A stretch of 63,536 nt of DNA, the filler included, from Dehalococcoidia bacterium (GTDB taxonomy: Bacteria; Chloroflexota; Dehalococcoidia; DSTF01; JACRBR01): NCBI GenBank assembly GCA_041494685.1. It is 3 parts of 3 records of this genome, joined end to end, with 100 filler letters (N's around TTAATTAATTAA, not from the genome) between each part and the next. Parts side by side here need not be neighbours in the genome. Positions count along the whole stretch, not along the records: positions 25,834 to 51,324 come from JBGQBE010000048.1; 2 more parts are not named here. The stretch is one strand, 5' to 3'. Below, in pieces: positions 28,556 to 37,977 of this stretch. The notes under the pieces are model-generated. The model worked only from the letters and a program-made list of their open reading frames with translations, made no database searches and was not told the origin of the DNA. The translations under genes and the position numbers were made by a program. Numbering within the stretch: position 1 is the stretch's first letter; each line of letters opens with the position of its first letter.

Positions 28556-29467
28556 GTGTCGAAGCAGCATCTATCGCAGCGATTGGAGACTCTGATGGCG
28601 ATTCCGGAGACGGGGCGGGTGACAGTCGAGCAGGACGTGGTGTTCGGGTCGGCGGGCGGGCGCGATCTGAAGTGCAACGTCTACATGCCGCCGCAACAGG
28701 GGCGCGATCGGCCGGCGGTGCTGCTGGTGCACGGAGGCGGCTGGGCGACGGGCGACCGCATGCAGCTGCACGGGTACGGGATCCTGATCGGGCGGCTGGG
28801 GTACGTGTGCGTGGCGACGGAGTACCGGCTGTCGGGCGAGTCGAAGTGGCCGGCGCAGATCCAGGACGTGAAGGCGTGCCTGCGCTGGATGCGGGCGAAC
28901 GCGGGGCGGCTGGGCATCGACCCGAAGAAGATCACGGTGTCGGGAAACTCGGCGGGCGCGCACCTGGCGCTGATGGTGGCGGGGACGCCGAACGTCGCCG
29001 AGTTCGAAGGCGACGGCGGGCACGCGGGCGTGGCGACGGACGTGGCGGCGTGCATCGCGATCTACGCGCCGGTGCAACTCTACGCGCCGGGACAGCCGCT
29101 GGACGACCAGTTCTCGTTCCTCTTCGGGCGCGGCTATACGGAGGCGACGGCGCAGAAGGCGAGCCCGATCGCGCACGTGAGCGCGGGCTTTCCGCCGACG
29201 CTGCTGATCACCGGGAACAAGGACGAGCTGGTGCCGGTCGAGTCAAGCTTCAGGATGTACGAGGCGCTGACAAAGGCCGGCGCGAGAGCGGAGCTGCACG
29301 TGTACGAGGGGGCGCCGCACGCGTTCGACCGGGAGCCGGAGTTCGGGCGGCAGTGCGCGTCGATCATGGCGCTGTTCCTGGACCGGATCGTCGCGCACCC
29401 GCGGGCGTTCAGCTCGGCGGCGTCGGACGAGATCCGGCGGGACATGACGGCGGCGGCGAAGGGTTAG
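28556..29467 (+). CDS. Alpha/beta hydrolase (HSL-like esterase)
   Basis: HGGGW, GNSAG, D..VP, HAF. Confidence 0.9.
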   Translation: MSKQHLSQRLETLMAIPETGRVTVEQDVVFGSAGGRDLKCNVYMPPQQGRDRPAVLLVHGGGWATGDRMQLHGYGILIGRLGYVCVATEYRLSGESKWPAQIQDVKACLRWMRANAGRLGIDPKKITVSGNSAGAHLALMVAGTPNVAEFEGDGGHAGVATDVAACIAIYAPVQLYAPGQPLDDQFSFLFGRGYTEATAQKASPIAHVSAGFPPTLLITGNKDELVPVESSFRMYEALTKAGARAELHVYEGAPHAFDREPEFGRQCASIMALFLDRIVAHPRAFSSAASDEIRRDMTAAAKG

Positions 29468-29485
29468 CCGGTCCGGCTGCGCCGG

Positions 29486-29513
29486 ACGCACAGCCGGGGA
29501 CGGCTGTGGCACA
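29486..29513. repeat. REP-like palindrome, copy 1
   Basis: ACGCACAGCCGGGGACGGCTGTGGCACA; near-identical copy at 36406. Confidence 0.8.
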
Positions 29514-29525
29514 TGCTACGGGCGC

Positions 29526-30035
29526 TTAGCCGGAGTAGGTCCAGCCGAGATCGTCGTCGCGGAGGGGGCGGCCGTGGTTGATCTGGCCGCCGTCGGTGAT
29601 GCGGGCCACGACGAGGGTGTGGTCGCCGGTCGGCAGGCCGCCCTCGACCTCGCACTCGAACCAGGCGAGGGCGTCGCGCAGCACCGGGCAGCCCGTAGCG
29701 AGCAGCTTGTGCGGCACGCCGGCCAGCTTATCGACGGGGCCGGGCTGCGCGCCGCGGCCGAGCACCTTGCGGGGGTCCGCGGGCTGGAGGAACGACGCGA
29801 CGAGTTCGTGGCTGTCCTCGCCCATGACGTTGACGCTGAAGACGCGCGTCTCGCGGATGTTGGCGAGGGTGCGGGCGTCGTTCTCGAGCGAGAGCGCGAC
29901 CATGCGGGGCTTGAAGGAGACCTGCATGAGCCAGTGCGCCGCCATGACGTTCAGGCCCGCGGGGCCGCGCGAACCGATGACGTACATGCCGTAGTTCATC
30001 ATGTCGAGCGCGGGGGCGGCGTGTTCTTCGGGCAT
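29526..30035 (-). CDS. Flavin reductase family protein
   Basis: YGMYVIG, WLMQVSFKP, GCPVL..ALAWFEC, GDHTL. Confidence 0.9.
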   Translation of the reverse strand: MPEEHAAPALDMMNYGMYVIGSRGPAGLNVMAAHWLMQVSFKPRMVALSLENDARTLANIRETRVFSVNVMGEDSHELVASFLQPADPRKVLGRGAQPGPVDKLAGVPHKLLATGCPVLRDALAWFECEVEGGLPTGDHTLVVARITDGGQINHGRPLRDDDLGWTYSG

Positions 30036-30101
30036 GGTGCTCCTTGACGCGGGTGTGCTCCGATTCTAGCGGGGGCGCCGGCAAGAGGCGATCCGCGGCG
30101 G

Positions 30102-30145
30102 TTGACAGCATCGCCGGGCACCGATATTTTGTCTTAGGCAAAATA
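30102..30145 (+). promoter_or_regulatory. Sigma70-type promoter with overlapping palindromic operator upstream of P450
   Basis: TTGACA (30102)-17 bp-TATTTT (30125); inverted repeat TATTTTGTCT-T-AGGCAAAATA (30125-30145). Confidence 0.65.
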
Positions 30146-30171
30146 ATTTCCCGCAACGAACGGAGCGTCCC

Positions 30172-31362
30172 ATGACCGACCAGCCGCCGGCCTTCGAGAG
30201 CCTCTTCGATCTCCCGAACCCGCTCGCGATCTTCGCCGGGTTGCGGAAGACCAACCCCGTGTTCGCGCTGCCCGCGCCGGGCTTCTACGCCGTCACGAAG
30301 TACGACGATGCGGTGCGCATCCTGCGCGACCCGGAGACGTTCTCGTCGGAGGTGTCGGCGGCGTCGATGCGCGGGGAGGCGCGGCCGCCGACGATCCTGT
30401 TCGACGACCCGCCGATCCACACGCGGATGCGGGGGCTGATCTCGAAGGCGTTCACGCCGCGCGTGATCGAGCTGCAGCGCGACGCGATCCAGGCGAACTG
30501 CGACGACATGATCGGCCGGATGTGCGCGAAGGAGGACGGCGACCTGATCGCGGAGCTGGCGTATCCGCTGCCGGTGATGGTGATCGCGAGCATGCTGGGC
30601 GTGCAGGACGGCGACATGGCGACGTTCAAGCGGTGGTCGGACGCGATCATCGAGAACGTGGGCGTATCGCTGTTCGAGGGCGAGGCGGTGGCGCTGGAGG
30701 AGATCAATGTCGAGTTCGACACGTACTTCCGCGCGCAGCTGGACAAGCTGCGGCGGCACCCGGAGCAGAACCTGCTGAGCGAGCTGCTGCGGGCGGAGAC
30801 GGAGGACGGGCGGCTGAGCGAAGAGGACCTGCTGATCATCTGCCGCGTGCTGCTGGTCGCCGGCAACGAGACGACGACGGGGCTGCTGGTGGCGGCGGTG
30901 CGCGCGATGGCGGCGTTTCCGCACGTGCTGCCAAGGCTGCGCGCGGACCCGGCGCTGATCCCGTCGTTCATCGAGGAGGCGCTGCGCTACTACCCGCCGT
31001 TCCCGGCGACGATCCGGCGCACGATGCGGGACGTCGAGGTGCGCGGCGTGACGATCCCGGCGCAGAGCCGCGTGCTGGTGATGCTGGCGTCGGCGAACCA
31101 CGACGAGGACGTGTTCGAGCGGGCGGACGAGTTCATCGTGGACCGCGAGCCAAACCGGCACATCGCGTTCGGCATGGGGATCCACTACTGCCTGGGCGCG
31201 CCGCTCGCGCGGCTGGAGGCGAACATCGCGATGCAGGCGCTGGTGCCGCGGATCACGGGGGTGACGGTGGCCGACCCGGAAGCTGCCTCGACGATGAAGC
31301 CGGGCGGGCCGGCGGCGATGGCGGTGCGCTTCGAGCTGGACCGGGCGCGGGTGCCCGCGTAG
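30172..31362 (+). CDS. Cytochrome P450
   Basis: DPPIHTRMR, AGNETT I-helix, EEALR, FGMGIHYCLG heme Cys. Confidence 0.97.
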   Translation: MTDQPPAFESLFDLPNPLAIFAGLRKTNPVFALPAPGFYAVTKYDDAVRILRDPETFSSEVSAASMRGEARPPTILFDDPPIHTRMRGLISKAFTPRVIELQRDAIQANCDDMIGRMCAKEDGDLIAELAYPLPVMVIASMLGVQDGDMATFKRWSDAIIENVGVSLFEGEAVALEEINVEFDTYFRAQLDKLRRHPEQNLLSELLRAETEDGRLSEEDLLIICRVLLVAGNETTTGLLVAAVRAMAAFPHVLPRLRADPALIPSFIEEALRYYPPFPATIRRTMRDVEVRGVTIPAQSRVLVMLASANHDEDVFERADEFIVDREPNRHIAFGMGIHYCLGAPLARLEANIAMQALVPRITGVTVADPEAASTMKPGGPAAMAVRFELDRARVPA

Positions 31363-31398
31363 CGCGCGGCGAGCGTTTGCTCGCGCTACGGCGACGCG

Positions 31399-32400
31399 TC
31401 AGCGCGGGGCGAGGGCGCGGAGCATCTCGACGGACTGGGCGGCGCGGCCGGCGGCGTCGGGCGCAACCGGCATGAAGTTGAGCACCGGCACCGTGACGCC
31501 GTTATCGACGTAGGCCTGGATCTTGCGGCGGCACGTCTCGGCGTCGCCGAAGACGAGCAGGTCGTCGATCGCCTGGCGCGGGATGGCGGCGGTGGCGGCC
31601 TTGCGGTCGCCGGCGTCCCAGGCGTCCCACATCGGCCGCAGCGCGTCGGCGCGGCCGAGCCACTCGTGGAACTTCGCGTAGACGGGCACGTTCAGGTACG
31701 CGGCGATGGCGCGCCGGCCGACGAAGTCGATCAGCGCCGCATCGTCCGTGACGCAGACGAAGATGCGGCAGACGATCTCCACCTTCTCGGGGTCCTTGCC
31801 GGCCTTGCGCGCGCCCTCGCGGGCGGCGGCGACGCACTGGGGCACGTCCTTCGCGCCGAGCCAGTTGATGATCGCGCCGTCACCCTGGCCGCCGGCGAGC
31901 TCCAGCATCTTGCGGCGGAGCGCGGCGATGTAGATCGGCGGCGGCGGCGCGAGCTGTCGCGACAGCCGCATGTTCTTCACCCGCACGGTCTCCAGGTCCG
32001 CGGTGACCTTCTCGCCGGCGAGCGCCTGGCGGACGAGCGAGGCGACGTCGCGCACCTTGCGGTAGGGCAGCTCGAACGGCACGCCGTTCCAGTCGCCGAC
32101 GATAACGGACGAGCCGGCGCCGAGGCCCAGCGCGAAGCGGCCGGGCGCGGCCTCGGCGACGCCGTTGGCGGACATGGCGAGCGTCAGCGGCGAGCGCGTG
32201 TAGACGTTGGCGATCGCGGTGCCGAGCTGGAGCTTCTCGGTCCAGACGCCGGCGAGGGCGAGCGGCGTGAAGCAATCGACGCCGTCGATCTCGAAGGACC
32301 ATGCGTCGGTGTAGCCGAGGCGCTCCGCCTCCTGCAGGGCGTCTTTGTGGGCGTGGAGGGGCATGCCGTCGAAGGGGAAGGTGAATCCGTATCTGCTCAT
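31399..32400 (-). CDS. LLM class (probably F420-dependent) oxidoreductase
   Basis: AERLGY, LGTAIANVYTRSP, GRFALGLG, PIYIAAL. Confidence 0.88.
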   Translation of the reverse strand: MSRYGFTFPFDGMPLHAHKDALQEAERLGYTDAWSFEIDGVDCFTPLALAGVWTEKLQLGTAIANVYTRSPLTLAMSANGVAEAAPGRFALGLGAGSSVIVGDWNGVPFELPYRKVRDVASLVRQALAGEKVTADLETVRVKNMRLSRQLAPPPPIYIAALRRKMLELAGGQGDGAIINWLGAKDVPQCVAAAREGARKAGKDPEKVEIVCRIFVCVTDDAALIDFVGRRAIAAYLNVPVYAKFHEWLGRADALRPMWDAWDAGDRKAATAAIPRQAIDDLLVFGDAETCRRKIQAYVDNGVTVPVLNFMPVAPDAAGRAAQSVEMLRALAPR

Positions 32401-32503
32401 GCCGCCACTATGCGCGAGCGGCGGCTTGCGATCCAGCGCGGGCCGTGGCCCCAGCCGCGCGGCCGGTGCATACTCGGTGGAGCACAGGACAGGAGAGTTG
32501 CAC

Positions 32504-33004
32504 GTGGATACGTACAAGACCATCGTCTCGAAGCGGGATACGCGCGCGTTCACGGAGCAGGCGGTGCCGGAGGAGGCGCTGCGGCGCATCCTGCAGGCGG
32601 GGCGCATGGCCGGCAGCTCGAAGAACACGCAGCCGTGCCGCTTCATCATCATCGAGAGCCAGGAGCAGAAGCAGGCGATCGCCGCGTGCGGCGACTTTGC
32701 GGCGTGGATCCCGGCGGCGCCGCTGCTGATCGCGGTGGCGGTTTCGGAGCGGAGCCCGCGGGCCGAGTTCGACGCGGGGCGGGCGGCGCAGAACATGATG
32801 GTGGCGGCGTGGGCGGAGGAGATCGGCTCGTGCCCGGTGTCGATGCACCACGCGGAGTGCGCGCGCGACACGCTGGGACTGACGGCGGAGTTTCATGTCA
32901 GCGTGGTGGTGGCGTTCGGGTACAGGGCGAAGCCGCCGAAGAGCGTCCCCGAGGCGGCGCGGCTGCCGTTCGATGAGTACGTGCGCCGAGAGCGCTGGTC
33001 GTAG
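32504..33004 (+). CDS. Nitroreductase family protein
   Basis: KRDTRAF, AGSSKNTQP, DAGRAAQNMMVAAW, AFGY. Confidence 0.9.
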   Translation: MDTYKTIVSKRDTRAFTEQAVPEEALRRILQAGRMAGSSKNTQPCRFIIIESQEQKQAIAACGDFAAWIPAAPLLIAVAVSERSPRAEFDAGRAAQNMMVAAWAEEIGSCPVSMHHAECARDTLGLTAEFHVSVVVAFGYRAKPPKSVPEAARLPFDEYVRRERWS

Positions 33005-33058
33005 CGCGTGACTGGATCCCTGGATGAGTGAGGCATCAATCGCGATGAGCGGCGCGGC

Positions 33059-33739
33059 ATGTTGATCGTGTGCGGCAGCGGACGGTCCGGCACCAGCGCA
33101 GTCGCGCGGATGCTGCACTGCTCCGGCATCCCGGTGGGGCACGACCTGATCGAGGCGGACGAGCACAACGCCGAGGGCTACTTCGAGGAGCGGAAGGTGG
33201 TGCTCGTGAACGACGCCATCCTCCTCGCGGTGGGGATGGAGCGCTGGTTCGTGACGGCGTCACGGGCCGAGATCGTGGCGGCGGCGCAGCAGTACCGCAG
33301 CTACATGGACGAGCTCGTCGCGGAGGCGACGCCGGCGTGGAAGGATCCGCGCTTCTGCTGGACGCTGGAGCCGTGGATGGAGGTACTGCCGGAGCGGCCG
33401 CGCGTGATCGTCTGCCTGCGCAGCCCCGCGGAGGTGGTGGCGTCGACGATGCGCTACTACGGGCTCGATGGCGATGAGCCGCGCCGCGCCGTCGAGCACA
33501 CGTGGCGGGGCGAGTACGAACGGCTGCTGGAGGTGATCGACGAGTACGCGCTCGACGCGATCTCGATCGAGTTCGGCGCGCTGTACGCGGACCCGGAGGG
33601 GGCCGCCGCGCCGCTGGCGGAATTCGTCGGCCGGCCGCTGGATGCGTCGCTGGTGCGGCGCGACCTGCGGCACCACGCGCTCGAATTGCAGCCGGAACTG
33701 GCGGAGCTGTACGCGCGGGTGGCGGCGCTGGGGCGCTGA
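33059..33739 (+). CDS. Sulfotransferase family protein
   Basis: PAPS loop GSGRSGTS, N..GYFE, WKDPR, R.P.EV..S. Confidence 0.85.
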   Translation: MLIVCGSGRSGTSAVARMLHCSGIPVGHDLIEADEHNAEGYFEERKVVLVNDAILLAVGMERWFVTASRAEIVAAAQQYRSYMDELVAEATPAWKDPRFCWTLEPWMEVLPERPRVIVCLRSPAEVVASTMRYYGLDGDEPRRAVEHTWRGEYERLLEVIDEYALDAISIEFGALYADPEGAAAPLAEFVGRPLDASLVRRDLRHHALELQPELAELYARVAALGR

Positions 33740-33813
33740 GCGGACCGCGTGCTGCGATTTCTGCAAGGGGAAGGTGCTGTCAAAGCGACCGCCGGAGCCG
33801 TACGATCGCCAGC

Positions 33814-34896
33814 GTGACAGAACGCTCGACCCCTCGCTTCGCGGTCACCAGGTCCCGGGACGGTGCGGACGTCGCCGCGCCGCTGCTCGCGCACCTGCGA
33901 CTGCGACTGGACGCGCCGGCGCTCGACTTTGCGGAGCCGCCCACGCCGATCCTCGGCGGCTTCGACACGTCGATCTACGCGTTCGCGCTGAGCAACGCCG
34001 GAGCCCCTTACGCGGGCGCGTTGATCGCCCGCGTATTCCGCACGCCGGGCGAGGCGGAACGAGCACGATACGAAGCGGTCATCCAGAACGCCGTCGCGTC
34101 TCTCGGCTATCCAGCGCCGGAGGTACTGCTCGTCGAGCCGCAGGCCGATGCGCTCGGCGCGCCGTTCATCATCATGCGGCGCATGCCGGGGAGCGTCATG
34201 CTCGATGCGCTCCTCGGCCCGCGCATGGGCAGCATGGCAACGCTGCTGGGGCGGGAGCATGCGCGGCTGCACGCCCTCGATGCCGAGGAGTTCCGTCGAC
34301 TCCTTGGCGACGCGGTCGACCCGCGACGGCTCGCCAGCGTCGACGACCTCCACGCGCGATACGAGGAGAGCGTGGCGACGGCCTCACTGGATGGGCTGCG
34401 GCCCGCGTTGCGGTGGCTCCAGGAGCATCGCCCGGCACCTACCGCCCCAAACGCCATCTGCCACGGCGATTTCCATCCCTTGAACGTGCTCGTCACGGGC
34501 GGCGAAGTCACGGGCGTTGTCGATTGGGCCTGGGTTGCGATCGCCCCGCCTGCGTTCGACGTCGGCGCTACCGTCGCGTTGCTGGCCCACGGCCCGGTGG
34601 ACCTGCCTCGCCCGGCGCTGCCGCTCCTGAGGGCCGTCCGCGGCTGGATCGTGCGCCGGTATCTGCGCGGGTACGCGTCGGCTCGGCCTCTCGATCTGGA
34701 GGAGGTGCGCTACTTCGAGGCGCTCCGCCTGTTTGCGTTCCTCGGCGAAGCCGGCGAGCAACTGCAGGCGATGGCGGGCGTCATCGAGTCGGACATGCAA
34801 TCGCCATTCTTCGCGCGTCACGTACGTGAGGGCGTCCTCAGGCGGCTCCGTAGCATCACCGGCACCGAGATCGCCCTGCCGAGCGCCACCGTCTGA
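33814..34896 (+). CDS. Aminoglycoside-phosphotransferase-like (APH) kinase family protein
   Basis: CHGDFHPLNVL, VVDW, LARLHA-like motif. Confidence 0.85.
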   Translation: MTERSTPRFAVTRSRDGADVAAPLLAHLRLRLDAPALDFAEPPTPILGGFDTSIYAFALSNAGAPYAGALIARVFRTPGEAERARYEAVIQNAVASLGYPAPEVLLVEPQADALGAPFIIMRRMPGSVMLDALLGPRMGSMATLLGREHARLHALDAEEFRRLLGDAVDPRRLASVDDLHARYEESVATASLDGLRPALRWLQEHRPAPTAPNAICHGDFHPLNVLVTGGEVTGVVDWAWVAIAPPAFDVGATVALLAHGPVDLPRPALPLLRAVRGWIVRRYLRGYASARPLDLEEVRYFEALRLFAFLGEAGEQLQAMAGVIESDMQSPFFARHVREGVLRRLRSITGTEIALPSATV

Positions 34897-34906
34897 CCGC
34901 TCGCCG

Positions 34907-36244
34907 CTAGGCGTTGCGGCGGCGGACGGTGAGCTTCAACCCTTTGACCGCCGTGATCTTCACCGGCTCGCCGCTGGCGATGGGCGGATCCTCGGCCGTC
35001 GCCTGCCAGCGCTCGCCGCGGATAAAGACGAAGCCGGTGGGGTCGAGGTCCGAGCGGGCGACGGCGTTCGCGCCGACCATGCTCTGCGTGCCGGCGTCGC
35101 GCGGGGCGCGCCGCAGGCGGACGATCGCCAGGACGATCGTGAAGAAGAAGACGGCCAGCACGAGGCCGATGCCGGCGATGAGCCAGCGTGAGACCTGGAA
35201 GTCGGAGTTGCTGGTGGACGTGAGGAGCAGTCCGCCCGCGACGAGCGAGATGACGCCGCCCACGCCGAGCGCGCCGAAACCGCTGACGTAGAGCTCCATC
35301 CCGAACAGCACGAAGGCGAAGAGGACGAGCGCGACGCCCGCCCAGTTGACCGGAAGCGTCCCGAGCGAGAGGAAGGCGAGGACCAGCATGATCGCGCCGA
35401 AGACGCCGGGGGCGAAGACGCCGGGGTGCAGGAACTCGAGCAGCAGGCCGAGGCCGCCGAAGCTGAGCAGCAGGAAGGCGACGTTGGGGTCGCTGAGGAT
35501 GAGCAGGAAGCGCTCGATCAGGGTCATGTCGTTGGTGACGCGCGGCGCGTCGGCGAGGCCCGCGAGCGTCACCTGTGCGCCGCCGACGTTCGCGGTGCGG
35601 CCGTCGGCCTGTCGGAGGACGCCATCGATGTCGCTCGCCGCGTAGTCGACGATGTGCTTCTCCACGGCCTCGCTCGTGGACGCGGAGACGCTGTCGCGCA
35701 CCGCCTGCTCGGCCCAGTCGGCGTTGCGGCCGGTCGCCTCGGCGATACTGCGGGCGTAGGCGGCGGCGTTGTTCTCCACCTTCTGCCCCAGCGTGCCCGT
35801 GATATCGGCGCCGCTCGCATCGATCGGGTGCGCGGCGCCGATGCTGGTGCCGGGCGCCATCGCGGCGACGTGGGCGGACATCGTGATGAAGGTGCCGGCG
35901 GATGCGGCCTTCGCGCCCGTCGGCCCGACCCAGACGATCACGGGCACCTTCGACGACTGGATGCGCTGCACGATCTTCTCCATCGAGCTGGAGAGACCGC
36001 CGGGAGTGTCGAGGCGGATGACGACGGCCCTGGCGTCGGTGCGCTCCGCCTCGTCGATGCCGCGATCGATGTAGCGTTGCATGACGGGGTTCACGTCGGA
36101 GTCGGCGGTGAGGAGGTGCACCGCGCCGCGCGTGCGGATGCTGGGGGCGCAGGCGGCGGCGGCGCCGGCGAGCAGCAGGCAGCCGATCAGCAAGAGGCGC
36201 AGGCGCCGAACGCGGAGGCCGGGACGGAGACGAGCCGCGATCAT
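34907..36244 (-). CDS. nfeD: NfeD family membrane-bound serine protease
   Basis: LDTPGG, AASAG, MAPGTSIGAA ClpP-like domain, TM region, C-terminal OB fold GERWQA. Confidence 0.92.
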   Translation of the reverse strand: MIAARLRPGLRVRRLRLLLIGCLLLAGAAAACAPSIRTRGAVHLLTADSDVNPVMQRYIDRGIDEAERTDARAVVIRLDTPGGLSSSMEKIVQRIQSSKVPVIVWVGPTGAKAASAGTFITMSAHVAAMAPGTSIGAAHPIDASGADITGTLGQKVENNAAAYARSIAEATGRNADWAEQAVRDSVSASTSEAVEKHIVDYAASDIDGVLRQADGRTANVGGAQVTLAGLADAPRVTNDMTLIERFLLILSDPNVAFLLLSFGGLGLLLEFLHPGVFAPGVFGAIMLVLAFLSLGTLPVNWAGVALVLFAFVLFGMELYVSGFGALGVGGVISLVAGGLLLTSTSNSDFQVSRWLIAGIGLVLAVFFFTIVLAIVRLRRAPRDAGTQSMVGANAVARSDLDPTGFVFIRGERWQATAEDPPIASGEPVKITAVKGLKLTVRRRNA

Positions 36245-36405
36245 GGGCAACTCCGCCGTCATTGTCGCACACCGGGCGAGCGGGCGTGGCAACCGTTAGT
36301 GGAGTGCTTGTCACACTTCGTTACCGTCGCAATCGCGCTGAGTCGGCGCAAGCGACGTGAGGCCGGCAGTGGAGAAGCTGTACTGCGTGGGTCCGGCGCG
36401 GCCGA

Positions 36406-36433
36406 ACGCACAGCCGGGGACGGCTGTGCCACA
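36406..36433. repeat. REP-like palindrome, copy 2
   Basis: ACGCACAGCCGGGGACGGCTGTGCCACA. Confidence 0.8.
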
Positions 36434-36500
36434 CGCTTCGCGTCCTGCGTCGATGTCTTTGGTGTCGGCTCGAAACTAACGCCTGATCGGAATCACTGCA

Positions 36501-37892
36501 CTAGGGCGTCGCCGCGGCGGGCGTGCCGTCGCCGCGGACGCCGCGCCAGACGATCAGCGTGCCGATGAGGCGGCCGGCGCAGGAGAAGACAAACACCGCC
36601 TTGAAACCGAGCACGGCGATGATCTGGCCGCCCAGCAGCGGCCCGACGAACGCGGCGGCGAAGACGACCGTCTGGAACGCGGCGGCGTAGCGGGCGCGGC
36701 GGTCGGCGGGGGCCATGATCATCACCATATTCAGCGTGGCGAGCTGGTAGCCGGCCCAGATAATGCCGCCGGGCGCGTTGATGAAGGTCACCTGCCAGGG
36801 CGCGGTGACGAAGAGCCACATCGCGGGCAGGAGCGGGATAAACAGCCCGCAGACGATCATCAGCCACTTGGTGCCGCGCTGGTCCATCAGGCGGCCGAAG
36901 TAGAGCAGGCCGAAGAGCCCCGTCACGGACATCAACGCCGTGAGAGCGCCGATCATCGTCGAGGATGCGTGCAGGTGCTTCTGCAGGTAGACGTTGAAGA
37001 ACGGCCCGGACGCCTGCAGGCCGACGTTCCAGCTGGCGGTGCCGACCAGGTACCAGACGAAGTTGCGGTCGCCGAGGATCTCGGTGGCTGCGCGGCGGAG
37101 GCCGCCGGAGTCGTTCTGCGCGGCGACGACGTCGCGGTGCGGCGCCGGGTCGGGGATGCGCGCGAAGCACCAGGTGGAGATGGCGGCGGCCGCGGCGACG
37201 AGGAACCAGACGATCTGCCAGCCAGCGAGGTCGCTGTAGCGGTCGAGCAGGAATCCGGCGATCGGCGCGGTGGCGAGCGCCGAGGCACTCATGCCGAAGT
37301 TCCGCGACGCGAAGAAGCGGCCGCGCATGGTGAGCGGCACGACGTCGGCGGTGAGCGAGGTCCAGGCGGGGATGGCGAAGTAGCCGAGGAAGCCGCGCAG
37401 GGAGACGAGGGCGATGACGATCCAGATGGCGGTGTCGCCGTGGGCGAACCAGGGGACGAACGCGAGGCCGAACAGGGCGACGCGGCTGACGCCGCCGCCG
37501 GTCCAGAGGACGATGCGCTTGCGGTGGCCGTAGGTCTCGACGAAGCGCGCGCCGGGGAAGAACGCCAGGGCGGCGCAGAGGCTGCTGAGCGAGGCGATGA
37601 GGCCGACCTGGCCGGTGGTGCCGCCGAAGGCGAGGACGTAGAGGCCGAGGTAGCTGGCGAGCACGGTCTCCGGCACGTTGGACCAGAAGCCGTCCCACCA
37701 GAAGGCGCGCATGCCGCGTTCCTGGTCGGGGGTCGGCAGGTCCGGGGCGGTGCGCTCGGAGCGGCGTGCGGACTGGAAGGGGCCGGGGATGTCGGAGAAG
37801 GGGGGACGCACGCCGGCGATGCGCCCGAGGACGCCGCGCGAGGTCGCGGCGGTCGTCGCGAGCGCTTCCGACTGCGTATCCGCGTCAGGCAT
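36501..37892 (-). CDS. MFS transporter
   Basis: About 12 hydrophobic segments, RGRFFASR, GRLMDQRGTK motif. Confidence 0.9.
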   Translation of the reverse strand: MPDADTQSEALATTAATSRGVLGRIAGVRPPFSDIPGPFQSARRSERTAPDLPTPDQERGMRAFWWDGFWSNVPETVLASYLGLYVLAFGGTTGQVGLIASLSSLCAALAFFPGARFVETYGHRKRIVLWTGGGVSRVALFGLAFVPWFAHGDTAIWIVIALVSLRGFLGYFAIPAWTSLTADVVPLTMRGRFFASRNFGMSASALATAPIAGFLLDRYSDLAGWQIVWFLVAAAAAISTWCFARIPDPAPHRDVVAAQNDSGGLRRAATEILGDRNFVWYLVGTASWNVGLQASGPFFNVYLQKHLHASSTMIGALTALMSVTGLFGLLYFGRLMDQRGTKWLMIVCGLFIPLLPAMWLFVTAPWQVTFINAPGGIIWAGYQLATLNMVMIMAPADRRARYAAAFQTVVFAAAFVGPLLGGQIIAVLGFKAVFVFSCAGRLIGTLIVWRGVRGDGTPAAATP

Positions 37893-37922
37893 ACGCAATT
37901 GTAGAAGAGGATGGGGGTTCGA

Positions 37923-37960
37923 TAGAATGCAGCGTCCCTGCCCCAGTGGCAGGGATTTGT
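37923..37960 (+). promoter_or_regulatory. Putative -10 box and 5' hairpin of the his operon
   Basis: TAGAAT (37923), then TCCCTGCC-CCAGT-GGCAGGGA followed by TTTGT. Confidence 0.45.
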
Positions 37961-37977
37961 CCGTAATGGGGAGTCCG

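Noticed and set aside
33814..34896. Antibiotic resistance kinase
   Set aside because: Generic APH-fold protein of the type common beside acyl-CoA metabolism genes; no specific evidence for resistance.
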